Below, piece by piece: positions 46,770-55,302 of a DNA stretch of 55,302 nt. Numbering within the stretch: position 1 is the stretch's first letter; each line of letters opens with the position of its first letter. The notes under the pieces were generated by a model. That model saw nothing but the letters and a program-made list of their open reading frames with translations. It was not told the origin of the DNA and did no database searches. Source of the DNA: a virus. Taxonomy: Duplodnaviria; Caudoviricetes. Location: the IMG/VR virus record IMGVR_UViG_3300021964_000086, positions 1-55,302 of that record. The stretch is one strand, 5' to 3'. The position numbers and the translations under genes were made by a program.

Positions 46770-46819
46770 TTGTAATTACTCTCCTAATTTGATATCAAAT
46801 TTTTGCGTATAACTATTTA

Positions 46820-47473
46820 TTATTTTGTTAATTTTCGCATAAAGCTTTCAAAGGCATGTGCCTCTGCTTTTGCTTGACGCTCTCTCGTTTCACGCTCAAT
46901 TTGTTCTTTTATTTCAGAAACATCTTGTTCTTTGATGATTCCGTTGTCCCAAATCCACTCTTTTCCTTCCATGACACCGTTGACGAATGCCTGTGGAGCA
47001 GAAGGATCTGCGACTATATCGGCTGCAGTCGCTAAATAAAAATCAGATTTTACATAGTTGGTACCGCCTTTATTCTCTAGAGAACCCATGCCTCTAGAAG
47101 AAACTCCTAGTTGTGCGCCTTCATCTATTAATGATTTGACGATTTTTCCATATGGAGTATCAGTAATCTTTGCTTCACCGATGTAATTACCTTTACTATC
47201 GCCTTCTAATTTAGTAATAATATGTGATACTCTTTCTAGATTAACAGTTGGTCCATCAGGATGTCCTAATTCACCAAATGCTCTTTTACGCTCAACAAAT
47301 TCTTTGTTGTATCTTTTAACTTCTTTTTCTAATACTTCCATAGGGTAAACACGACCATTACGGTTTTTGATGTTTGCCTGCATGAAAATACCTTTGATTT
47401 TATGAGACTTTTTACCATTATCTTCTTCAACGATATATTGTGCCTCGTTTATTTCTTCTCTAATCAGTTTCAT
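46820..47473 (-). CDS. gp21: Prohead protease
   Basis: KNRNGRVYP, GELGHP, GVSSRGMGS, DIVADPSAP. Confidence 0.97.
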   Translation of the reverse strand: MKLIREEINEAQYIVEEDNGKKSHKIKGIFMQANIKNRNGRVYPMEVLEKEVKRYNKEFVERKRAFGELGHPDGPTVNLERVSHIITKLEGDSKGNYIGEAKITDTPYGKIVKSLIDEGAQLGVSSRGMGSLENKGGTNYVKSDFYLATAADIVADPSAPQAFVNGVMEGKEWIWDNGIIKEQDVSEIKEQIERETRERQAKAEAHAFESFMRKLTK

Positions 47474-47505
47474 GTTGCGTATTTTCCCCTTTAGTTCTAT
47501 TTATG

Positions 47506-47892
47506 TTACCTAACCTCTAAAATGATGCTATAACTGTCATTTGCAACGAAATTGTGTGTCGAAAACAGTATATCACCCGTTGGTGAGGTCGCATTGTTGG
47601 CAATCTGTATTGCAGGTGTTTGTAAATCTATTGTACCTTGACCTGCAAGAAAGAGTGCTGTTGCGTTAGTAGTTCCATCAAATAGAATTTCAACGGACCC
47701 CTTAGGATCCGTTGTATTGATACTATAAATTACTCTTGCGATTTTAGTAGATGATGACGCATGATTAAGTGCGCTTGCATCTACCTTAGTGACAAGACTT
47801 TCTCCTGTGCCGTCTGAGAAGTTTGTAAACTTCATCACGGTTTTAGAACCGCTTACATCAGTAATTGTTTGACTTGTTACGGTATCAGCCAT
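47506..47892 (-). CDS. Hypothetical beta-rich head-operon protein (paralog A)
   Basis: KFTNFSDGTGES..KVDAS...TGDILFST. Confidence 0.65.
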   Translation of the reverse strand: MADTVTSQTITDVSGSKTVMKFTNFSDGTGESLVTKVDASALNHASSSTKIARVIYSINTTDPKGSVEILFDGTTNATALFLAGQGTIDLQTPAIQIANNATSPTGDILFSTHNFVANDSYSIILEVR

Positions 47893-48296
47893 TATCTTGT
47901 TTGTCCTGAGTTATCATAACCTTTTGATTTAGTTACTTCGATTATGATTGTTCCTGTTGCCGCAGAAGCATTGTTGATCAGTATATCACCAGTCACACCA
48001 GAACTCTCTGGGTTTGTGATCAGTGGTTGTTTGCCATGATATCCATACTCACCACTACCATGTAATGATATTGCGTGATCATTTGAACTTGCATCAAACA
48101 ATAATTGTATATCACTTGTTGCTGCGGTTGTATTCCATTTAATACTTCTTATGTGTAATGTTGGGTTAGACGAATGACCTCTTAAGGTACTTGCGTCAAC
48201 ACATACAACATTTGAATTGGTATCGTTATTGATTTCGAACATTCTTACTGTTCTAGTCGCACTATCTACCAAATTTCTTGCGTTTACTATAGCCAT
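47892..48296 (-). CDS. Hypothetical beta-rich head-operon protein (paralog B)
   Basis: VCVDASTL...TGDILIN; SD GGAG. Confidence 0.65.
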   Translation of the reverse strand: MAIVNARNLVDSATRTVRMFEINNDTNSNVVCVDASTLRGHSSNPTLHIRSIKWNTTAATSDIQLLFDASSNDHAISLHGSGEYGYHGKQPLITNPESSGVTGDILINNASAATGTIIIEVTKSKGYDNSGQTR

Positions 48297-48308
48297 TTTT
48301 ACTCTCCT

Positions 48309-48560
48309 TTATATGGTTAGGCCTGTTTCTTTTTCGAAATAAGCTTCTATATCTGTTGGTTGTACTCTATATTTTTTTGCTACATCTTTCATAATCTTAG
48401 GAAAGGTAGTCAAAACTTTTTGTGGTGTCTTTGCCATCATAGCAAAAACATCATCTACGGCCTTCTTAACTTTAGGCGCTAATTTTCGATAATTAAGAGA
48501 ACGCTTGTGTTCGTCTTTTTCTTTAATCGTCAATCTCAGCTGGTTCAGCGTTATCGCCAT
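48309..48560 (-). CDS. Small prohead core protein (gp68 position)
   Basis: Synteny gp20-67-68; LTIKE cleavage-like site. Confidence 0.5.
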   Translation of the reverse strand: MAITLNQLRLTIKEKDEHKRSLNYRKLAPKVKKAVDDVFAMMAKTPQKVLTTFPKIMKDVAKKYRVQPTDIEAYFEKETGLTI

Positions 48561-48729
48561 CTTGTTCCTCAGGTTCTTTATTCATGATAGTGCCTGCCAA
48601 GTCTTTTCTCTTAGCGTCTAACTCACTACCTACTTTGTCTGCGAGTGCAGCCTTAAATTCTGTTTCTGCTGATACATTATCACCAGCGTCTAAAGCATCA
48701 ATCATGCTTTTAGTATTTTCTATGCTCAT
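48523..48729 (-). CDS. gp67: Prohead core protein gp67-like
   Basis: Small acidic protein directly after the portal gene. Confidence 0.65.
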   Translation of the reverse strand: MSIENTKSMIDALDAGDNVSAETEFKAALADKVGSELDAKRKDLAGTIMNKEPEEQDGDNAEPAEIDD

Positions 48730-50258
48730 GCGAATTGTCCTCCTTCGTCATTATCACCTTGATTTGGTGCTTCTTGTTTTTCATTTTCAATTTTTTCTTT
48801 TTGTTCTTCTATTTCTTCATCATTCATTTTAAGAACATGTTTCATTGCCCATTCTTTAGAATAAACATTACCAAGAATTTCACTATCTTTCATATTACGA
48901 AATATTTCCATTCGCTCTTTGAATATTTCGTTTTCTTTTATTTCAGAAAAATAACCATCTTCAACATATTCATACTTAATTGTTTGACTTAGTGAATTAT
49001 CCCAATCCTCGATAGTTATAATACCTTTGAGAATAAGTTGTGTTTTAAGTAAGTCATGAAATAAACTATTAAATCTATTTCTTAATCTTTGCACAAACTT
49101 TGTAAATTTAAGTTCGTCTCTACTTACTTCAGTTGAACGACCTAATTGTAAACCACCAGATGCTTCACTATCAAGTCTGCTGTACGGTACATTCAACGAT
49201 TGAAACAATTTCTTTTGAAAATATTTGATGTCATCTATCTCACCAAGATTAGAACCACCTGGTAATGTAGTGATCTCTGTTCCTCTACCACCCTCTCGTC
49301 TAGGTAGCCAGAAGTCTTCGAGCATAGACATGTATTGTCTATCATCTCTTATTTCACCTGTACTTGCATCATATACAAGTTTGTTTCGATATCTATTCAT
49401 TACATCTTTGAGGTATTGTTCTGCTTTTACTTTTGGTAAATTACCTACATCAATGTAGAATATTCTTCTTTCAGGTGCTCTTGATATACGATAGATAACA
49501 ACACTATCTTCAATCATTCGCAGCTGATTAACTGGTTTGATTGCCTTATGTAAATAAGACAATACTAAATTCTTTTGTTGATCTACAAGACCACTTGGAC
49601 AATATGCAATCGCATCTTTTGTAATTTTAAGACCTGATGTTGCACTTGCGCCAGGTTGTACACCTTTTTCATTATAGATAAAAAACTCATCAAATTCAAC
49701 GACTTGAGGTTTTTTTGGATCTTTTGGTGCGAACTCTTGACCTGGTTTTTGTTTTGGTGCTCTTACTTTTTTAATTTTTCTTGGGTCAATATAACGCAGC
49801 TCTGTTATTCCTGCTTTTGTATTTTTTGGATCAATAAGTTTGTGATAAACTATTCTACCATCAACATACCATCTACGAAATATGTCATGACCTTTTTGTT
49901 CAAATTCCAATAATGAAACAATATTTTTAAACTCGTCTGAAATTCTTTTCTTTAGTGTTGATGAAAATGGAACTTTATTCATGTTGAGACGAATAACTTC
50001 TTGGTTATCATCTACTACAATTGATTCATTAATAATATCTTCAATTGCTTGATCACACTCTGGGTGCATAGCAATTTCTCTGTATCTACGAATTAAATCT
50101 GATTCGTTATTTACTTTTCCTTCGATATCAAGATAAGTTCCAAAGTGTCCTCCACCCATGATAGTCTGTGTGCCGTCATCTGCTGTAGGTGAGGTAAACT
50201 GTTGACTGTTAGGTTTGAGGTCTTTCCTCTTGATTTCGAAACCAAATATTTCTGCCAC
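48726..50258 (-). CDS. gp20: Portal vertex protein
   Basis: YLHKAIKPVNQLRMIEDSVVIYRISRAPERRIFYIDVGNLPK, EDFWLPRREGGRGTEI; GTG start. Confidence 0.98.
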   Translation of the reverse strand: MAEIFGFEIKRKDLKPNSQQFTSPTADDGTQTIMGGGHFGTYLDIEGKVNNESDLIRRYREIAMHPECDQAIEDIINESIVVDDNQEVIRLNMNKVPFSSTLKKRISDEFKNIVSLLEFEQKGHDIFRRWYVDGRIVYHKLIDPKNTKAGITELRYIDPRKIKKVRAPKQKPGQEFAPKDPKKPQVVEFDEFFIYNEKGVQPGASATSGLKITKDAIAYCPSGLVDQQKNLVLSYLHKAIKPVNQLRMIEDSVVIYRISRAPERRIFYIDVGNLPKVKAEQYLKDVMNRYRNKLVYDASTGEIRDDRQYMSMLEDFWLPRREGGRGTEITTLPGGSNLGEIDDIKYFQKKLFQSLNVPYSRLDSEASGGLQLGRSTEVSRDELKFTKFVQRLRNRFNSLFHDLLKTQLILKGIITIEDWDNSLSQTIKYEYVEDGYFSEIKENEIFKERMEIFRNMKDSEILGNVYSKEWAMKHVLKMNDEEIEEQKEKIENEKQEAPNQGDNDEGGQFA

Positions 50259-50283
50259 TACTATTTCTCCTTATACTATATTT

Positions 50284-50305
50284 AGGGCGCCTCGAAAGAC
50301 GCCCT
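50284..50305. terminator. Hairpin between gp19 and gp20
   Basis: AGGGCGCCT-CGAA-AGACGCCCT (UUCG loop on the minus strand), abutting TAAATA. Confidence 0.55.
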
Positions 50306-50314
50306 TTTTCAACA

Positions 50315-50842
50315 TTATGTTGTAGTGTTTGATTCCCAGTATTGGTATCTCCAAGTACATTCAAATGTTTCTAGAGTTGTTGCCTGCTCATATGATAGAT
50401 CAACCTGACCTACAGTAGTTGGAAACAGTCCTCTGAAAGTGTAAGACTTGATTGTATTACCGTTTCTATCTAAGTGATCGACAAAAGCATCCACTTGATA
50501 GTCAACAGGATTTACAAGTCCTTCGTTATCTGAATGGTTGTTTATACCATTTGACCATCTTTCAATAGCATTTCTGATTAAAAAATCAGTATCGTTAATG
50601 ATAGTTGTAGTCCAAGTTTGGAATGTTCTATCACCTGCCATGTAAATAGGTCTACCACGGAAGTTTACAGTTAATTCACCAATTTCACTTGATGGTAAGT
50701 TAGTTGCTTGACATAAAAATGCCATGCTCTCTGTCTCACCACCTACTTGTGCAAAACCAGGGAAAGGCATAGTGACTTTAAACTGATTGTTTCTAGCACC
50801 TCCGCCTTTAAGTTTAGAGATAAAATCTGTTACATTAGCCAT
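50315..50842 (-). CDS. gp19: Tail tube protein
   Basis: GGGARNNQF, FRGR..AGDRTF.TW..TI.ND.DF. Confidence 0.96.
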   Translation of the reverse strand: MANVTDFISKLKGGGARNNQFKVTMPFPGFAQVGGETESMAFLCQATNLPSSEIGELTVNFRGRPIYMAGDRTFQTWTTTIINDTDFLIRNAIERWSNGINNHSDNEGLVNPVDYQVDAFVDHLDRNGNTIKSYTFRGLFPTTVGQVDLSYEQATTLETFECTWRYQYWESNTTT

Positions 50843-50852
50843 TTTCTACCTC

Positions 50853-52835
50853 CTATGCCCCAGCCACTTCACTAAATGCCACACCACTTCGTGTAGCGAT
50901 AAAGTTTAGTTTGATGAAGTTGATTGAACGATTTGGTTTGATAAAGATATCAGCAACAAATTCATTTCTATCAATTACTTCCGCTGTGTTATTTGTTTCG
51001 TCACAGACTACTGAGAAGTCTGTAAGTCCCCTTCTACCTTGAATATCTCTTAGGAAAGGTTCTACAAGATTTCTAAATTGTGCTCTAGTGAACTCATCAT
51101 TGAACTCAAAGAGTTGGAATTTAGCAGCTGTAGAAACTGCTTTCTCTAAAGTGATAAACAATCTTCTAACATTAATTCTGTTAAATGCAGAAGGTTTGCT
51201 TAATGCTGTTTTATCGCCGAATAATACAGTACCTTGACCAGGGAATGTTACAACGGGATTCACTCTTGCTTTGTAGAGATCATCTCTTTGTGTCTGGTTA
51301 GGGTTAAATGCAAGTTTAACAACACCTCTAATTTGTCCTCTACTGAAACCAGCAGGTGAGAAATGAGGATCTGCTACTGTATCTGTTCTTGCACATAGAC
51401 CAGCGATATCGCCATTTAATGGAACAAATCTATATACATCATTATACTTGTCGTACATATACTTGTAACCACTATCAATAACGGCATATGATGAACTTGC
51501 AAGTCCATCAGCAAAAGCTTTAACATTTGCTGTTGCAGCAATAGGATCTGATACATTTACAACATCTGCTCTTGCAGGTGAGATAAATGCTACAACATCT
51601 TTTCTTTGTTCAGCAATGTCAATTATTTTTTCTGCTTTTGTGTCGCCTGTAGCGTCTGAGTTGGTCTGTGAAGGACCAGCGATTAAGAAGTTAATGTCCA
51701 CTGATTCCGCATCTTGGAATTTTTCATATGCAGTTGCTAATTCACCATTAGTAGGAACATTATCGTCTGTACCACCACTTAATGAACTTGAAAAGACATC
51801 AAATGCATTTGTTGAACTGTTATCAAAAGTAGTACCAGTTTTTGTGTTACCAGCAGTTGATAAAGTTGTTTCGTGATCCATCCAATAAACATACTCACTA
51901 TTTCTGTAAATTACATCTACATAGAAGTTTGAGTTACCTTGTGCGTCTTTGGCGTCTGAAGCTTGAGACATTCCTTCAAATGTTTCAAGTATAGTTCCAG
52001 CAGTACCTGTGATACCACCGTCTTCGTCAACAACAGCGACATGTAATTCGTCATTTGATCCACCAGCATTTGATACATCATCAGTAGTTGTTGGCGCACC
52101 ATCAAAATTGAAATAATATTCCCAATATCTTTTGATGTGTGCGTTGTCAGCTACGGCGTGTCTTAATCCGCCTGTTTGTGTTGTACCAGTCGCAGGATCA
52201 AATCTTGCAATGGTTAATAAGTGTGTTGAGATTGCTGTTATTTTATAGTAATGACCTGAAGGTGCAGCAGTAAAGTTACCACTGATATCACCAAACTCTA
52301 GTATGTCACCCACTTGTACCTCTGTACCGTCATCAATTGTGATAGTTGTATCGCCAATAGCCGCAGTAGCGTCATTGACTAAATTATCACTTGCGATAGA
52401 CGAAGCAAAAGCAGTTGTGTTTGTACACATAGAGACTTTTAGGTTATTACCTTTTGTACCAGCTTCTCGAGCAGCCCAGTTGCCAACGGCAGCTTGACCA
52501 CTTCCATAGTTGTCTAAGTAATGAGTTGTATTCTTAATCTGTAATCCACTGCCATCGTCAGTAGCATTTAGATTACCAGTAGTTGCTCTCACCACTCTTA
52601 AGGCATTTCCGTACTGTAAAAAGTTGGTTGCACTAAAAAAATATTCGAATGTGTTCGCATCTGGTTTACCAAATCTTTCAACATATTCGTTTTCACTTGA
52701 AACCGTTACGATTTCGTCCATCGGCCCTTTCTCACTAACAACCGCTATCGCACCAATTGAAGTTGATACGGCAGGGATTACATTAGTCAGATCCTTTTCA
52801 GTCACTAGAACGCCTGGTGATACTAAAAAAGCCAT
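50853..52835 (-). CDS. gp18: Tail sheath protein
   Basis: SPGV...EKDLT, YDKYND.YR.VP.NGD.AG, RINVRRLF, IKP.RSINFI.LNF.ATRSG. Confidence 0.98.
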   Translation of the reverse strand: MAFLVSPGVLVTEKDLTNVIPAVSTSIGAIAVVSEKGPMDEIVTVSSENEYVERFGKPDANTFEYFFSATNFLQYGNALRVVRATTGNLNATDDGSGLQIKNTTHYLDNYGSGQAAVGNWAAREAGTKGNNLKVSMCTNTTAFASSIASDNLVNDATAAIGDTTITIDDGTEVQVGDILEFGDISGNFTAAPSGHYYKITAISTHLLTIARFDPATGTTQTGGLRHAVADNAHIKRYWEYYFNFDGAPTTTDDVSNAGGSNDELHVAVVDEDGGITGTAGTILETFEGMSQASDAKDAQGNSNFYVDVIYRNSEYVYWMDHETTLSTAGNTKTGTTFDNSSTNAFDVFSSSLSGGTDDNVPTNGELATAYEKFQDAESVDINFLIAGPSQTNSDATGDTKAEKIIDIAEQRKDVVAFISPARADVVNVSDPIAATANVKAFADGLASSSYAVIDSGYKYMYDKYNDVYRFVPLNGDIAGLCARTDTVADPHFSPAGFSRGQIRGVVKLAFNPNQTQRDDLYKARVNPVVTFPGQGTVLFGDKTALSKPSAFNRINVRRLFITLEKAVSTAAKFQLFEFNDEFTRAQFRNLVEPFLRDIQGRRGLTDFSVVCDETNNTAEVIDRNEFVADIFIKPNRSINFIKLNFIATRSGVAFSEVAGA

Positions 52836-52886
52836 TTGTTTTTCTCCTTAGATTTATAGGTTTAATTAATTAAATCTTACTGAAAC

Positions 52887-52894
52887 TATTTATA
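52887..52894 (-). promoter_or_regulatory. T4 late promoter TATAAATA
   Basis: Exact consensus upstream of gp18. Variants NATAAATA also at 7340, 27793, 40327, 44156, 46814, 47498. Confidence 0.8.
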
Positions 52895-52905
52895 AATATC
52901 AAGTT

Positions 52906-54537
52906 TTACCAACCTCGTTTGACTCTCACAGGCGACCAAGTTGTTCCGTAAGCGTCTTTAAAAGTCTCTGGATCTTCTAGTCCATCATCTATAAATCCAA
53001 ATGGTGCCATATCTTGTTCTAACATATTTTGTTGTTCATCTACAAGTCTTGCTCTTATGTCTTGATCTGTTAATTCTTTGAAATATGTCTGATTAGATAA
53101 CCATGCAAACATAACTAAACATGTAACCAAATCATCACTAGAACCTTCTTCAGCCTCATATTTTTCTTTACCTTTGAGAATATATGTCGATAATTCTGCA
53201 ATGATATCAAAGTCTTGTATAATAAGTTTATCGTGTTCTATTAATGCTTTGAGATTAGAACAACCAATCTTCTTTGTTGCTTTTGTTGTTCGTAATCCTA
53301 ATTGTGATTGTTTACCACTAAATCCTGTACCGGCAATCTGTCCAGAACGACCTCGTTGATTAACCATAATCAGATTATCATATTCTAAATCATATTGCAT
53401 TGTGTCAGCGACTTGACCACCAATGTCATTAACTTCAATTAACACCTCTGCTTGATTATAACTTGTCGCAATTTTATGAATAATTTGCGGAAAGATTAAA
53501 GGTTTAATTTCGTTGTTTTTATATTTTGCTACAATTTTATATGGTATGCTTGTTGCATCTGTGACAACAAACGCACTATAATCATTTACGGTGCCTCTTG
53601 CAACATCAACAGTAATTACATATCTGTGACCTTTTTGTGGCATCTCATAAACATCTAAACCTGCGTTAGATTGTGTTGGTATTATATGAGACATTGTTCT
53701 TAGTTTAGAACTATTAATAAGTGTATCAACACTACCAAGAAACTCACATTCAAACTCTGTTCTAAATTGTTGTTCACTTGTATTTTTTATTGTCTCTTGT
53801 TTCCACTTTTCGTCACGACCAGGAACTTCAGACCAATGTACTTCAATTGGTTTATAACTATTACGCTCATGTATGGCATCATTCCATAACTTATAAAACA
53901 TATTCATTCCATGTGGTGTAGATACAATCATTACTTTAGAACTTTTACCAGAAGAAATTGTAGGATAAACTGAACTAAAAAATTGTTCTGCAATATTATT
54001 TGGTACATAAGCAAACTCGTCTAGAAATATTACATTATAAGAACCACCACGAACAGCACTTGATGATGTGGCAGCTGCAAGTATTCGACTACCATTCTCT
54101 AATTCTAAACTACCTTTATTCCAATTTATTATACCTTGTTGTAACCACTTAGGTAAATTTTCGTATGCAAGTTGTAGTCTACCCAATAAATCTCTAGCAA
54201 TTGCAGCTTTGTTAGCAAGTATAGCTATGTTTACATTAGGATTAAATATGGCATAGTGTAATAGGTATGCAATAATTGTAGTTGATTTACCAGTCTGTCT
54301 TGGTAATTTACAAATACTAAAACGATTATTATGAAATGTATCAACCATTTCTTTTTGAAAGTTATATAATTTAAATTGTTGTAATCCGTGATCAAGTGTA
54401 ACGATCTGAATATAATTTGTAATAAAGTGAATAGGGTTTTCTTGACAGCGTATAAATTCTTCTACTTGCTTTTTAGTAAACTTTACTTTTTGATTGGCTG
54501 CCTTAAGATTAGGATTACCTAGATATGTCTTTTCCAT
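52906..54537 (-). CDS. gp17: Terminase large subunit
   Basis: YLGNPNLK, PRQTGKST, LDEFA, STPHG, VDVARG, DDLV. Confidence 0.98.
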   Translation of the reverse strand: MEKTYLGNPNLKAANQKVKFTKKQVEEFIRCQENPIHFITNYIQIVTLDHGLQQFKLYNFQKEMVDTFHNNRFSICKLPRQTGKSTTIIAYLLHYAIFNPNVNIAILANKAAIARDLLGRLQLAYENLPKWLQQGIINWNKGSLELENGSRILAAATSSSAVRGGSYNVIFLDEFAYVPNNIAEQFFSSVYPTISSGKSSKVMIVSTPHGMNMFYKLWNDAIHERNSYKPIEVHWSEVPGRDEKWKQETIKNTSEQQFRTEFECEFLGSVDTLINSSKLRTMSHIIPTQSNAGLDVYEMPQKGHRYVITVDVARGTVNDYSAFVVTDATSIPYKIVAKYKNNEIKPLIFPQIIHKIATSYNQAEVLIEVNDIGGQVADTMQYDLEYDNLIMVNQRGRSGQIAGTGFSGKQSQLGLRTTKATKKIGCSNLKALIEHDKLIIQDFDIIAELSTYILKGKEKYEAEEGSSDDLVTCLVMFAWLSNQTYFKELTDQDIRARLVDEQQNMLEQDMAPFGFIDDGLEDPETFKDAYGTTWSPVRVKRGW

Positions 54538-54931
54538 TTTTCTTTATCAATTTCTGTAATTCTGCTGTTGACCCAACAAATAAATTATTTTCAACCTTGT
54601 TGGGTCCTTTAACTACTTCATCATTTAGTTTTTTCATTTTCTCTTGTAACACCAAAAGTTTCTCTGTCACTTCACCTACATTTTTAATTAGTGTTCCTGC
54701 GACTTCATATGCTCGTGGGTGGTCGGTGTCTTTTGCCAATTGCACAATACCATCAATGGCATCTTGACCCCTTTCAACAAGATTGTATAGATTTTCACGA
54801 CTATATTTGTAATCGCTATCTATATCCTCTTTTTCTTTGGGACGAGGTATAACTGGTTTATTCTCAACGGGCACGACATTTTTTTCTGTAATGTCTAGTA
54901 TCTCGTTGAGTTTATCCTCAACCTTTTTCAT
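54515..54931 (-). CDS. gp16: Terminase small subunit
   Basis: DY.YSRENLY, HPRAYEV, NNLFVGSTAELQK. Confidence 0.94.
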   Translation of the reverse strand: MKKVEDKLNEILDITEKNVVPVENKPVIPRPKEKEDIDSDYKYSRENLYNLVERGQDAIDGIVQLAKDTDHPRAYEVAGTLIKNVGEVTEKLLVLQEKMKKLNDEVVKGPNKVENNLFVGSTAELQKLIKKNGKDISR

Positions 54932-55302
54932 TAGCTATCTTTATCTGTACCAGAAGCAGGATCATATGTGTCAGCATCTTGGAAAAAAGAATGTTCTTCG
55001 TTAAATCCAAAGTTATCATCAGCATCTGCTGTTGTTGGATTAGGTGCGACAACCAATCTCTGTTCTCTTTTTGCTTCGTTAACTGCGGTACTGGTATATT
55101 GATCAACCTGAACTCTTTTAATAATTTTTTGACTTGTGACAGGTCCATACAAATACATTTTTGCTGTAAAGTTTAATGTGTACATAATAACTCGTCTTTC
55201 AGTAAATGCACCATCATAACTATCTTCATATGAAACATCATTTAATACGATAGGTACATCTCTTACTACTTCTAATGTAGGTAAGACATTGAGTGTTATT
55301 GT
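54931..55302 (-). CDS. gp15: Tail sheath stabiliser/completion protein, 3' part
   Basis: Frame open to the window edge: RDVPIVLN.VSYEDSYDG.F.ERR.IMYTLNFTAK.YLYGP; upstream of gp16. Confidence 0.9.
   Translation of the reverse strand, partial: TITLNVLPTLEVVRDVPIVLNDVSYEDSYDGAFTERRVIMYTLNFTAKMYLYGPVTSQKIIKRVQVDQYTSTAVNEAKREQRLVVAPNPTTADADDNFGFNEEHSFFQDADTYDPASGTDKDS

Noticed and set aside
17281-54537. Inteins or introns in gp41, gp43, gp17, gp20, gp23
   Set aside because: The ORFs are uninterrupted and of normal length, with no intein motifs seen.
2612-55176. All plus-strand ORFs and short nested minus-strand ORFs in the ORF track
   Set aside because: They lie antisense to or within well-supported genes, lack recognisable motifs and have shadow-frame composition.
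1-55302. CRISPR arrays, tRNA/rRNA genes, transposases, alternative genetic code
   Set aside because: No spaced direct repeats, cloverleafs or transposase motifs were seen by eye, and core genes translate full length in the standard code. tRNAscan and Infernal were not run.

Overview
A contiguous 55-kb segment of an AT-rich, marine T4-like myovirus genome. It is pelagiphage/cyanomyovirus-like, and the regulatory signals point to an alphaproteobacterial host. All credible genes are on the minus strand. Read in transcription order (right to left): gp15(partial)-gp16-gp17-gp18-gp19-gp20-gp67-gp68-gp21-gp22-gp23-gp3, then uvsY/uvsW, gp55-gp47-gp46, a DNA-modification island, CobT/CobS-like genes, ribosomal protein bS21, Hsp20, gp45-gp44-gp62-regA-gp43, HNH, a second C5-MTase-like gene, uvsX-gp40-gp41, a long late block of probable capsid-packaged proteins, a lipase/spanin lysis-like cassette, gp61 primase and the 5' end of nrdA. 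Highlights: (1) A probable cytosine carboxymethylation/hypermodification pathway made of a CmoA-like Cx-SAM synthase, two C5-MTase paralogs both carrying GRMV instead of GNAV in motif X, and two tandem Asn-synthetase-like amide ligases. (2) A block of putatively virion-packaged enzymes (nuclease, KxDG ligase-like protein, P-loop kinase, HxGH nucleotidyltransferase, HAD phosphatase). (3) An apparently circularly permuted PD-(D/E)xK nuclease. (4) A phage-specific early promoter family producing leaderless mRNAs, with host-type LexA, RegA and RpoH boxes. (5) A perfect antisense sigma70 promoter that may mark an origin. No database searches were run; family assignments rest on motif recognition.
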